From Octopus bimaculoides (lineage: Eukaryota), in assembly GCF_001194135.2 (NCBI RefSeq), contig NC_068987.1:93826124-93872382 (forward strand): DNA of 46,259 nt, read 5' to 3'. This document shows, piece by piece, positions 14,413-25,758 of this stretch (positions are counted from its first letter, which is position 1; each line of letters begins with the position of its first letter). Made by a program: the position numbers and the translations under genes. The notes under the pieces were generated by a model. It was not told where the DNA came from, did no database searches, and saw only the letters and a program-made list of their open reading frames with translations.

Positions 14413-15711
14413 ATGTGTGCGTGCGTATAATTACATGTATCTAAGTATGTGTATAGAATATATATGCATATATGTGCTCGAGCATGTATGTGTGCACGTG
14501 TGCTTGTATATCTCAGTGTGTGTAAGGGCGCATGCGCGTAAGTGTCTGTGCGAACGCATTACGTAAGTATGCGTGTATAATGCGTGTATAATGGCAACGC
14601 AAGAGTTGTTCCATCTCAACTTTAAATTCACAAATGTTATTTTTAAAATATCGAATTTATTCACACCTTATTAGTTATTGTAAACGGTTACGTATACGGA
14701 AACTCGTTCATATGCATACTTACAGACATACGTACATACATTCATACATATACAAGCACTGATGCGTACATACATTCATACATATTTATATGCATACACA
14801 CACGCTCATTAACACGCGCGCACGCACGCACGCATACACACAGTCGCACACGCATGGAGGCATAAAATACAGATACATAATACAACATGTTTTGTAAATA
14901 TTCTACGGAGGAAACAAAAGAGGACAGAAACAAACGATTCAAGCAGAGTTTCTGTTGCTTCCAAATCCATACAAAAGACTTACAGAGAAATAATTGGTTA
15001 ACATAAGAATATTAAGAAGCGAAATTGCATTTTCGGTGAGAATATGAGAACGAAGGGGATGTGGCTTTTCGGTGCAACAGTTTCTGAAATTCAAGAGAAA
15101 AACGTGTCTGATCTTGAGGCACTTCATTGTGCCACCACAGATATGACTACGAGATACGTAATTTCCCGTACCCTCGGCTTGACGTATACAAGCGTACATA
15201 TTCACATACTTTATGTATAGGACGGGCTTCAAGAGTTTCCCTGTGTTGGCTGCAAATGTCACTAATCGCGCGGCACTATAGACGGAAAAACTTGCCCATA
15301 GTGCCGCCGTAAAGCGGGATGTGTCAGCAACATAAGCTCTTGGTGGTATAAGCGACTGAATAACCAAGAAAACGTGTATGATGGTGGTGGGGAAACAGAC
15401 TGGATAAAGACAAGTAAAATAACAAAGACGAAGTCTGTTGATCGAACTGTGAAAAGGATGATTGGCNNNNNNNNNNNNNNNNNNNGGGGGGGGGGGGGAA
15501 CGGGGACGATAAAAGACAGAATGCTAAAAGACAGAGAGAGGTAAGCGAAAGCAGAAACTCCAAATATACATAAACGTCGCAGAAAGATATTTGTAAAAAT
15601 CTTTTTGGTTATGCAACAGAAAGAAGATATAAAAGATGGTGGTATTTTAAGAAATATAAATATCAAGATAATATAAGAGGCGGGAGATGAGTTTAAAAGT
15701 ACCTGCTGTCA

Positions 15712-16132
15712 TTTATCTTTTACTTGTTCTAGCCATTAGACAACGGCCATGCTGGGGCAGCGACTTGAATTTTTGGTCGAATGACTTTAACCAGTAGTTA
15801 TTTTTATACAAAACTGGTACTTATTCCATCGGTTTATATTGCCGAATTGCTAAGCCATATGGACATAAATACAATAACACTGGATGTCAAGCGGACTTGG
15901 AAAACAAAGACACACACGCATACACACACACACACACACACACACATACATACACACACGCACACACACACACACATATGACGGGCTTCTTTCAGTTTGC
16001 GTCTGCCAAATCCACTCACAAGGCTTTGGTCGGTCCGAGGCTATTGCCCAAGGTGCCACGCAGCGGGACTGAACCCAGAAACATGTAGTTGAGAAGGAAG
16101 CTTCTTACCACAAAACCACGCACGCCTATGCC
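15712..16132 (-). mobile_element. tRNA-headed SINE (family 2) with an internal (TG)n microsatellite
   Basis: Same modules in the same order as 31821-32272 and 45205-45662: GGCCATGCTGG...TGGTACTTATT...CAAGCGG, (CA)n, GACGGGCTTC...TCCACTCAC...TTGCCCAAG...GGGACTGAACC. The B-box-like GGGTTCAGTCCC is on the minus strand. Confidence 0.85.
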
Positions 16133-18059
16133 TGCGTATGTATATATGTATATGTGTGTGTGTGTGTGTGTGCGTGTACGTGCGTGTATATGTGCGTGCA
16201 TGTGTGTGTGAGTGTGCGCGTGCGTGTGCGCGTGCGTGCGTGTGTGTATTATTTTGATCGAGTCAGCCTCTTGCTACTCAGAGCTTCAAACAGAGAGACA
16301 AGAGGTTGACTTTACCGAAACTCCGACCGCCGTATTCAATGCAAAATGACAAGATAAGTAAATATACTCGCCCAGAATTTCTCACAGCTCGCGGAGGACT
16401 CCGTCTATGGGACACTGTACAGTTTGGTAATTTCAAAAACACCGCCAATATGTCACGATTCTGCTTTCTTTTGCACTATGTTTTTCACGCTCTTGGCTTT
16501 GCAGATTTTGCACCTCAAACTTATGCATAAGACTGCACTGGATTGGGCGCAAACACGTCTTCCAATAGTACTCCGGCTCTTTTCAGCTAGATTACCCGCT
16601 CACCATGTCTACAATACAACCAGCATTCTTTGCTCTTGCATCCACCTTTTCTAATATATTCTCGCATTCTCCTGGAGACATTTCACGCCTGAATTTTCTT
16701 CAACATACTTACTTTTTTCGTTCAATTCACCGTTACCTACTATTGCACTGGCAGAAGAATCATGCAGCAGGAATATTTAGTCATCACAAAACAATTTAAA
16801 GTCGAACAACCGTAATCGATGCCAAAGAAAAAAATATAGAACAGCTATGTAACTAGAATGCGATTCGTCCAAATATTGATCACATTACCTAAGAAACAAA
16901 CTACTTGGATATCTGATTAACAAGACATGAGCAACAAGCTGTGGACTTCTGCAGCCCTTTAGATAATTTGGACCACTAACAGGCAGTGAATCCTAGCTAT
17001 CCTGCAGTTAGACACAATTATTCGCCTTCCTGTCACAACATTGCTGTAAGTACAATTTCAGACGTTCAATGCAACGAAAACATTCATTTATTAACGATAA
17101 GAACAAATATTTATTCACTTAAAATCACAAAAAACTAATTTTGTGTTCTTTCGATAACGAATCGTAACACCATTCACGTATCCAGAGAAATATCGTATCT
17201 GTATATACATATATATATATATATATGGAGAAAGAAGAGAGAGAAGAGAAAGAGATAGAGAGATAAAGAGAGACAAAGAAATATACATACATGTACACAC
17301 TCACAAATACATGTGTGTATAATTACTAATGTACAGAACCTTGGATTTTCATAATGATTCGCAGATTCCACTGGTATGGGTACAGTGTATATAAGACCTG
17401 TAATGCCCAATTAAATTGACTTAATTGCCGTTTTATAATTTATAAAGAACAGAATACCATACTTTAAAATTTCGTAGGCATCCCGGTATTCGTGATTGTC
17501 ATGTCTCCAATGTGATCCGTCTCTGATAATGGCTTCCCGACAACAGGAGGAATAAGAGTGAGGGTCGGGGTCAAAGCATTGAAGAGCAGCCGATATGTTG
17601 TTCGAGGATGTAAATATCGAATACTAAACAAGAGAAGTTGCAGGAGATGACACGCACAAACATTTTATACTTCGTTTGAAATTTGCTTTTCCTTTCACTG
17701 AAAAGGAATTACTAAATTATTAACAATGAGAAGAGAGTAACAAACAGAAACATATATATGCTCTGTTAACAAACACATCATATTTACAATACTTGAATCA
17801 GATTATTGAGTGTGAAGAAAGTCTCTCATGTATATTTGTCAAGTGTTTTCGTTCTTGTTTTCAATAATTTTTTTCATGAAACAAAATGGAAGAAACTGAA
17901 TATGAAAAGCAACGGAGATTAAGAGAGGAAAGAGATTAAGGGAGCCACAGAGAAGAAGACAAATTGGATGAAAAGGAAATTACAGTCATTTTATGAATGC
18001 CATGTTTTCTGTTATTACTTAAAGGAGCAAAAATATACTACCAGAGTTACCAATCATAT

Positions 18060-18420
18060 AACGGCCAACATTCTACTCTGTGTGTGTGTAACTGGCTACT
18101 CATCGATTTCATTGCTGCAGTCGTTCAGCTCAATCAACGCAGTTACCTGCCCCTGGATTAATGAGTAACTGACTGAGTACTCCGCAGATCTATGAATTCT
18201 TGACCAAACAATACTCAGACACAATCAGCACGGCGCAGCGTGAGCGAAGGCTGTACCGTTCATTTCCAGGTACAAACCACTCGAGAAGCTTCAGTACAGT
18301 TTCTATCCACCCAAATACATTCCAAATATATGTTTTGACCCCAGGCTTGATATCAGGCAATACGATCGAAACCAAGAACTCGTGGTTGATAAGCGAACTT
18401 CTAAGCCATTGAGCCATATA
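18060..18420 (-). mobile_element. Old diverged tRNA-headed SINE
   Basis: The minus strand starts TATGGCTCAATGGCTTAGAAG (A-box-like) ...GGTTTCGATCG (B-box-like). The body resembles 32410-32560 (TCAATCAACG...CTGC...GACTGAGTACTCC). Confidence 0.5.
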
Positions 18421-19196
18421 ACGTTTATATACACCTGCCTTGCTACCTACCTGTCTGCATACGTACATACACACACATACGTACATACTTATATACATAC
18501 ATATATATAATATATANNNNNNNNNNCACACACACACACACACACACACATATACTTATATATTATATGCTTACTTACACTCATGCGTTCATAGATGTTA
18601 ATGTTCCGACATTGACGTCTACGTTTTCGAGCGTTTTAATCAGTTAATTAATCAACGCTCTCAGTCGAATATCTATTCAAGAAAGATAATTAATTATGTA
18701 GCGCTATCTTTAACTAAACATCTTTTATTTATTTATTTAGTTTTTGTGTGAAAATGTGTTGACATATTTCTAATGATTACAATGAAACACGAAATATTAG
18801 CACAGAAAACTGTTCTGTCACAAAGACTCTAGCATAGAAATTAATACAGCTATTATCACTAATAACATTTTAAGAATTCACCTAAATCAAATTTCGTATT
18901 GATCGAAATGGAAATGTAATAAGTAGTAGACAAAATTGAAAATTGTATTAAATTCTTTTTACCAAAATAAAGTGACTCTCACAGCCAGCTGATACGAATT
19001 TGTAATCGGCTAATTAAACTTGGAAATATATAATAAACATTCGGTTTATCTTTTGTGAAAATAATCATGATTGTGAAATAAATTACACGTGATCGAGACA
19101 ATTAACGAAAAACTTTTATGTATTTATGTATGTACGTATGTACGTATGTATGTATGTATGTATGTATGTATGCATGTGTAAGTGTGTGTTTGTATG

Positions 19197-19231
<35 letters not shown>

Positions 19232-19837
19232 NNNNNNNNNNNNNNNNNNNNNNNNNNNNNNNNNNNNNNNNNNNNNNNNNNNNNNNNNNNNNNNNNNNNN
19301 NNNNNNNNNNNNNNNNNNNNNNNNNNNNNNNNNNNNNNNNNNNNNNNNNNNNNNNNNNNNNNNNNNNNNNNNNNNNNNNNNNNNNNNNNNNNNNNNNNNN
19401 NNNNNNNNNNNNNNNNNNNNNNNNNNNNNNNNNNNNNNNNNNNNNNNNNNNNNAAACATGCATACAAACGCACATGATATTTCAATATGTTAGAAGGAAA
19501 TCATTCCTACACAGGAGTCTAGGAAAATCTGTTAAATATATTTGAATAAGTTTATGTGTGTGTGTTTGTGTGTTTGTCTAATTTCCTCCACTTTCCTCAC
19601 GTCTTTTGTATGTTGCTGAATACTTTGCTATCACCACAATGCTGAATCACTGTCATTTTCTGCTATTCTGCACCTTTCCATACTTCGCATTCGAAACTTT
19701 GCTTCTTCTAGACGCTCTTGCACCCACACGTGCAAAAACACACACATACACTCACACACACACCCATACAAACGCGCACACACTCTCTCTGTCTTTCTCT
19801 TTATCTCTCTCTTTCTGAGTTAATGTCTTTAATTCTT

Positions 19838-19911
19838 CTTCCTATTCTCGTCTCCTTCCTATTCTCGTCTTCTTCCTATTCTCGTCTCCTTCCTATTCTC
19901 GTCTCCTTCCT
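19838..19911. repeat. 17-bp minisatellite (CTTCCTATTCTCGTCTC) x about 4.4
   Basis: Direct reading; one substitution in unit 2. Confidence 0.92.
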
Positions 19912-20309
19912 GGCTCTGAACTTTCTAACTCAGTGCCACCCTCCCACTATCTCTCACACGGCTCACCCTCTTGATTCCTTGTTCTGACCATTATTTTAAA
20001 ATTCATTCTAATGTAAGAGAGAATTTGAATTTTGTTGGAGCTGGTTTTAAGTTAGTCACAACAAATGGAGTTTCTTCGTTTTATTGGCCAGTCGCACATT
20101 AATGAAAATGCGATTTTGTAAAATAAAAAGCAAAGGAGAAAATGCAATTTTAAATATCGTTGCCGTTGCTCGACCAAAAAGAAAGGAAAGCAGTTTTGCA
20201 AAAGAGTCCAGGTTTGCCAGAAGATAAGGAAATATAAATATAATGGAGAGAGCGACAGAGAAGAGGAGGAACTGAAGAATAGGAAACAATATCAGAGATA
20301 GAAAGAGAT

Positions 20310-21525
20310 TGTTTATTTTCAAAGAACTGTTTGTATTGGAGTCTGATCTCACGATGGAATTTCAATCAGTAATCGGTGAGAACAAAAGGTTCTTTGGAGA
20401 ATGTGCACACACTTCGATTGCTTCAACAGAATACAATGAAGCTGTTGTCCTCATGAGTAATCTGGGCAAAGAAACATCAATGCAAATTGAAAAAAACTGT
20501 GAAAAATAATAATCTGACAGTTCAATCCTATGATGCGCCGCTATATCCTTTGCCTTTTGTCAATAGTGAAGATATGTGTAACGCCGAAACAAATTATTCA
20601 AAGTTTCTCACTTATGAACTTCGCTACCTGCTACATCCTGGTTCGAGTTATTCATTGAACCTAATAAAAGATCTTCAGAGTTTTAACATAGATATAATGC
20701 AACGTTGATAGACTTAAGTCATTTTCCGCTTATCATGGACTCAAACTCACGACAGGCAAGAGGGCGCTCAAGTCTTTTATTCATTGTTATTGATTTCAGC
20801 TACTAAGAAACTGGAGATTGCCAAAGTCTAAAAATTAAAGATATACAGGTATTGCAGCCATACTTCACCCGAGGGACCCTACAATATAATCTGCTTTGTT
20901 ACGCCTCTCAGACGTAACAAGCCTGCTTGCAACATACGTATGACAAGCCTGCTTGCAACATTTTTAAGCATTCAAGAAAAAAAAACAGCAAAAGATTATG
21001 AACGATTACTTGTTACTATGAGACACAAGAGAACTCTGTAGGCTCTGGAGATACGAATGGTGAGACGATAGGTTTCAAATTGCAAACGTTGTTAGTAGAC
21101 ATGGCAAATCTATCATCACACTGACTTCACCTCAAAACGGATTCCTTAACAAAACTGTTCCATAATTTAGATTAACTGCGACAATGGAATGGTGCTTGGT
21201 CAATGGAAAAAAAGACTTTCTGCCACATGTACGACATGTCACTGAGGTTAAGACTTTCACTAGGTGTGACACTATAGAGGATACGGTTATTCCCGCAATT
21301 CCCACTCAGACTTACAGATTGACTCTTTTGAGTTTGAAGAATTCAGTTTACGCTCAAGATTTTGCATTACAGTTCTAAGGAAAAACGATATCAGTTGCTG
21401 AAATAAATTTGGAGGAAGCCTGCTTTGCACCATAACTAATGTTAAATAAGAAGCTCAAGAGTAGGAAGTCCCGTTAAACGCTGCTGGAAAAAAACCGTAA
21501 CCATTGTGTTATGATGAGCTTCAAA
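20310..21525 (+). mobile_element. Decayed Helitron RepHel remnant (PIF1-like helicase region)
   Basis: Motifs appear in the expected order across frameshifts: EYNEAVVLM, TGIAA (20845-20859), KPACNI, LPHV...EDTVIPAIP, FEF..IQF, VAEINLEEACF (21394-21426), SRVGSP (21455-21472), KT.TIV. They match Helitron helicase consensus segments such as SGIAATLL, IPRIP, FEFKRLQFP and CFSHGQLYVACSRVGSP. Confidence 0.75.
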
Positions 21526-21597
21526 GGTAAATGTTTCAAAGTTGTGTTGATGATAGATATAATCTTTTCTACTCTATGCACAAAGACCGAAAGTATT

Positions 21598-21765
21598 GAA
21601 GAGGGGGCCAGTCGATGAGACCGACCCCATTACGAAACTGGTATGGTACTTAATTTACGGACCCCGTAAAGATGAAAGGCAAAGTCGCCTCGGCGGAATT
21701 TGAGCTCAGAACGTAAAGACAGATGAAATACCGCTAAGCATTTCGCCCGGCGTGCAAACGTTTCT
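21598..21765 (-). mobile_element. tRNA-headed SINE (family 1), lacking the first ~17 bp, in tandem with the next copy
   Basis: GATGAAAGGCAAAGTCGCCTCGGCGGAATTTGAGCTCAGAACGTAAAGAC matches the copies at 21766, 34331, 34978 and 44910. Confidence 0.88.
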
Positions 21766-21978
21766 TATTTCTTTATTGCCCACAAGGGGATAAACATAGA
21801 AGGGAAAAAACAAGGACAGACAGAGAGATTACGTCGACCCCAGTGCATAACTGGTACTTAATATATCGACCCCGAAAGGATGAAAGGCAAAATCGACCTC
21901 GGCGGAATTTGAACTCAGAACGTAACAGCAGACGAAATACTGCTAAGCGTGCTAACGTTTCTACCAGCTCACCGCCTT
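21766..21978 (-). mobile_element. Near full-length tRNA-headed SINE (family 1; central domain possibly Meta-like)
   Basis: Minus strand: AAGGCGGTGAGCTGGTAGAAACGTTAGC (A-box region), GAGTTCAAATTCC (B-box), GCCTTTCATCCTTTCGGGGTCGATATATTAAGTACCAG, ending in the A-rich tail GGGCAATAAAGAAATAAGAA. The Meta assignment is from memory and unverified. Confidence 0.9.
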
Positions 21979-21999
21979 CGTTATAGATTCATGGTTTTA

Positions 22000-22180
22000 T
22001 ATGGCCAAGTGGTTTGAAAGTGGCACTCGATAGTTCCTGGATGCGCTTCCCGGACCGGGAGGTGCTTGGTGGTGTTCTTGAGTAAATCGCTTAATTTCAC
22101 GTTGGACTTTGCTCTAAAGAGATAACCCTGCAATAGAATAGTCTTCCGATCAAAGGGGGCCATCAGCCATCTTGCCTACT
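22000..22180 (+). mobile_element. Diverged tRNA-headed SINE, 5' part
   Basis: Good A-box TGGCCAAGTGG (22002-22012) and a degenerate B-box. GTGTTCTTGAGTAAATCGCTTAATTTCACGTTG resembles the post-head segment of the 32410-32700 family. Confidence 0.45.
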
Positions 22181-22585
22181 CAGCGGTGGTGGCATCAGAG
22201 GAAAGCGACAAAACACGATGCGACGTGTATTGTGGCCAGTGTGGTATAACAACACACGATAGACTGGTCAATACTGATACCAATATACATATATATATAT
22301 ATATATATATANNNNNNNNNNNNNNNNNNNNNNNNNNNNNNNNNNNNNNNNNNNNNNNNNNNNNNNNNNNNNNNNNNNNNNNNNNNNNNNNNNNNNNNNN
22401 NNNNNNNNNNNNNNNNNNNNNNNNNNNNNNNNNNNNNNNNNNNNNNNNNNNNNNNNNNNNNNNNNNNNNNNNNNNNNNNNNNNNNNNNNNNNNNNNNNNN
22501 NNNNNNNNNNNNNNNNNNNNNNNNNNNNNNNNNNNNNNNNNNNNNNNNNNNNNNNNNNNNNNNNNNNNNNNNNNNNNNNNNNNNN

Positions 22586-22641
<56 letters not shown>

Positions 22642-22987
22642 CGTGTGCACGCGCGCGCTTGTGTGTTAAGTATTGCGGTTGCAGTATTTGGACGTATGAG
22701 TTTTCTCAGATCAATCCTGTTTTCATTCGCCATCAAAATGGTTTTAATTCCATCTGTAGTTCGTTCACCTCCCGACAATCGTGTTTCAAATTATTTCAGG
22801 AATTAAAGAAATGCGCAAATAAAGGATATAATATTAAGTCGAATAATAGGTTGAAATGAAATACAACTGGCTTTACTCTCAGCTAATCCCCTTTTGTTAT
22901 TTAAAAAGCTTTAATTTACACAATAAAATTACAAATTGAATTTACATAATTAAATTCCAAAATAATACTGAGCCGATATGTGCAGTC

Positions 22988-23068
22988 GAGTGCATTAGCC
23001 ACAATAATGCAAGAGAGTGCATTAGCCACTAAACTGCAGCAGAATGCATTAGCCACTGAAATTCTACA
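22988..23068. repeat. Degenerate 27-bp minisatellite x3 with conserved core TGCATTAGCCAC
   Basis: The core occurs at 22991, 23018 and 23045 (period 27). Confidence 0.85.
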
Positions 23069-23304
23069 AACACAGAGGAAAACAATTTCATTTCTGATAT
23101 GATAAACACATTTTCAAGAAAAGTCTATTAGGCTTCTATAACAGGGAAATGTCTTCATTTCGATCAAATGTGGTTCCTGTGACAAATAATTTAAAACCTG
23201 GCAACTCCAGGTATTGTACGAGAACTGAATAAAACCATATTTAGAATTTTGCATTATGGAGAAAACCTGAATTATTAAATAATTCGAGGTGCATACACAC
23301 ATAC

Positions 23305-23456
23305 ATGCAGCTGGCTTCCACACAGTTTCCGTCAGCCAAATACAATCACAAAGCATTGGTAAACCCAGAATTTTAGTAAAAGACACTTTCCCAGCATACT
23401 TCCAGTGGGACAGAACGCAAAAGTTCTTGTTTGTGAGGTGATCTTCTTAACCACGT
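23305..23456 (-). mobile_element. Old head-half copy of SINE family 2
   Basis: GGCTTCCACACAGTTTCCGTCAGCCAAATACAATCACAAAGCATTGG...AAGACACTTTCCCA...CAGTGGGACAGAAC aligns by eye to 15981-16120. Confidence 0.7.
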
Positions 23457-23619
23457 AGAAAATATTTTAATGTATATGACATCCCTCCTCCACCATCACT
23501 CCCGCCCAACTATCATCATCACTATCACTACAAAACGTCATCATCATCATCATCAACAACAACAACAACAACGCTATCCTCGTCGTCAATACCATTTAGT
23601 GAGCCAAGAAGGGAGTTTA

Positions 23620-23810
23620 TGAGTTGGCTTAACCGGTTAGAAATAGCTACCAAATGTCCTGCAAATCTCACCCTAATGTCTCCAGGAAGAGCAAAGCCAC
23701 ATTAGAGAATGTAGTCTTAGATACACTATGGCTGACAACAGGCAACGATGATGGATGAAACGTGTTTGCTGATAGGTTTGCTCATTCAGGGTTAACCCAG
23801 GGCTAAACAA
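23620..23810 (+). mobile_element. Interspersed repeat (probable SINE/LINE 3' portion) ending in AACAAC before a (CAT)n array
   Basis: Shares TAGATACACTAT (23718-23729) and flanking similarity with 30870-31030. Reverse-complement similarity to 4785-4960 and about 11012-11080. Confidence 0.55.
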
Positions 23811-23821
23811 CATAATCCACT

Positions 23822-23964
23822 TGCATCATCATCATCATCATCATCATCATCATAATCATCATCATCACCATCATCACCACTAGCCTACAGCTCCTTATCA
23901 TCATCATCATCGTCATCATCATCATCATCGTCATCATCATCATCATCGTCATCATCATCATCAT
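23822..23964. repeat. (CAT)n microsatellite with periodic CGT variants
   Basis: Direct reading. Confidence 0.95.
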
Positions 23965-25738
23965 CGTTTTGCCATTGTCGAGGTTATCTCCTTGGTTCGT
24001 CAGCCATGTCACCCATCAGGGTCTTTGAAGTTGTTTCCTCTGTAGTCAATTGACCGGAACACTCATACCACGCCTCTTAAATAACATGAAACATGTACGT
24101 CAGCTCTGCTTCTCTCTCTCTCCTCTCCCCCTCACTCTCTCTCTCTCTCTCGTTCTTTCTCTCTCTAGCTCTCTCCCTTCCCCTTTCTCTCTCTCTCTCT
24201 GCTACATCTTTATTCCAGATGGCGTCATGGCTATTTGATCGTTTACATATATCTTTTAATGCCGGTGCTGTTGTATATCGCTAGGTCAGTTCTGGTCGAC
24301 TTCACCTGTAATTAAAGACTATTTCGTTCAGTTTAAGACACAGTTTACCAAGGAATACATTATTTAATGCACGCATTTCAAAGGAAAATAGTTGTGTACA
24401 ATGGAGGAGAAATGCAGTTGCTATTTCCAGCAAGTCAGATGGTCAATTCCAAGTGAGATTGAGGAATTGAGATGTTATTGGGTTGGTTAATAAGTCCTGC
24501 GTTAATTCTTGTCTGTTTCACAACATCGGAGCAGCAGGTTAGATAAACGGTTTTGTCAATCTGGAGAGTAAAAGAATCATTTTGGTGCTTAAAATAGTTG
24601 AAGTTGTTGGTGGCGCTGTTGATGTTCCAGGATGGCATTTGGAAGTGTGAAGAGAGAAATTTGAAGGAAGACTGAGAGCCATCCACATGAGAAAATTGTC
24701 ATGCATGCAAGATGCTGTGAGAGACACTGTGTGTGCGTGCGTGTGCATGAGTGTGTGTGCTTGTGTGTGTATCAGATAGAGTAAGCGAGAGGAAGAGAGA
24801 TTGAGAAGGACTATGAGTGTGACTGTCGGAGGTGTGTATACACACACAAACACAAACGCGCCCCCACACACCCACACACCCACACACTTGCACATTACAC
24901 ATACATATACATATGTATACACACGTATATAAACACACACACACAATGTGGTTAGTACGATGTCGAATAATGTAAGATAACAAGGTATACAGAGTTTGTG
25001 CTCAGGTCAAATGAGTGCCTGGACTCAACTTGAAAGCTGAGGATGTGGTTGCTGCTTGAAAGACGATTGGATGAAGGCAATTTATCGATCAAGCGAAAGG
25101 ACAGACAGGCAAAGAACAGAGATCATGACATACTCATACATCTTATTAGGACAAAACGAACGCATCGATAAGTATAAATCACGGAAGACGGGCAAAAGAC
25201 CCGTAAGGGGATGTTCTTAACAGCTGTGATGTAAACGGCTCGACTCTAGGACGAAGTAGAAGCTAAGTCCATCCTATTGATATAGTTTGGTAGAAAGATC
25301 GTCACTTATAATTGAACAACTTATAATTGAAGTCAACATGTGTGCAGAATGACTTTTACAGCTGTTTCCAGAACAATTATGCAGTCGGTGCAGTTCTCTG
25401 CATCTTTGACATTTTTGTGGCAACCCATTCTTCCTTAGGAAAAATACTGGATTCAGACTCAGTGAAGGAAGGAATCTTTATGAGAAAGGACAGAAATATA
25501 GAAGTGAATATAGAGAAAGAGAGGCAGATTTATTAGCGCCTAAAGTTATAGCAACACATATAGAAAGAGGTGTTACGTGTTAAAGAAAGATTGGGGTTAC
25601 AGATACTTAAGGATTTGTATGATATGGGAGAGATGAGACGTGACAAAAAAAGCGGTAAGTTGGTGGGAATTTGGAGGTTATTAATTCAACCAATCTGCCA
25701 GTAGTAAGTGTCACAGAGACCCTAAAGTTAAAAGATGC

Positions 25739-25743
25739 AAAAA
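25739..25743 (-). terminator. T5 run, candidate Pol III terminator for hammerhead-SINE copy A
   Basis: A5 on the + strand. It is the first run of four or more T on the minus strand downstream of the A/B boxes at 26020-25965. Confidence 0.4.
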
Positions 25744-25758
25744 GATAAAGAATATATT
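25743..25758 (+). repeat. 16-bp direct repeat AGATAAAGAATATATT, left copy (candidate target-site duplication)
   Basis: Identical to 26699-26714. Confidence 0.85.

Noticed and set aside
16270-17100. Non-repetitive stretch with faint resemblance to a LINE C-terminal region
   Set aside because: No diagnostic motif (YADD, zinc knuckle, RNase H) could be threaded with confidence.
22988-23068. CRISPR-like repeat-spacer array
   Set aside because: The 12-bp repeats and 15-bp related spacers are too short, there are no cas genes, and the context is eukaryotic.
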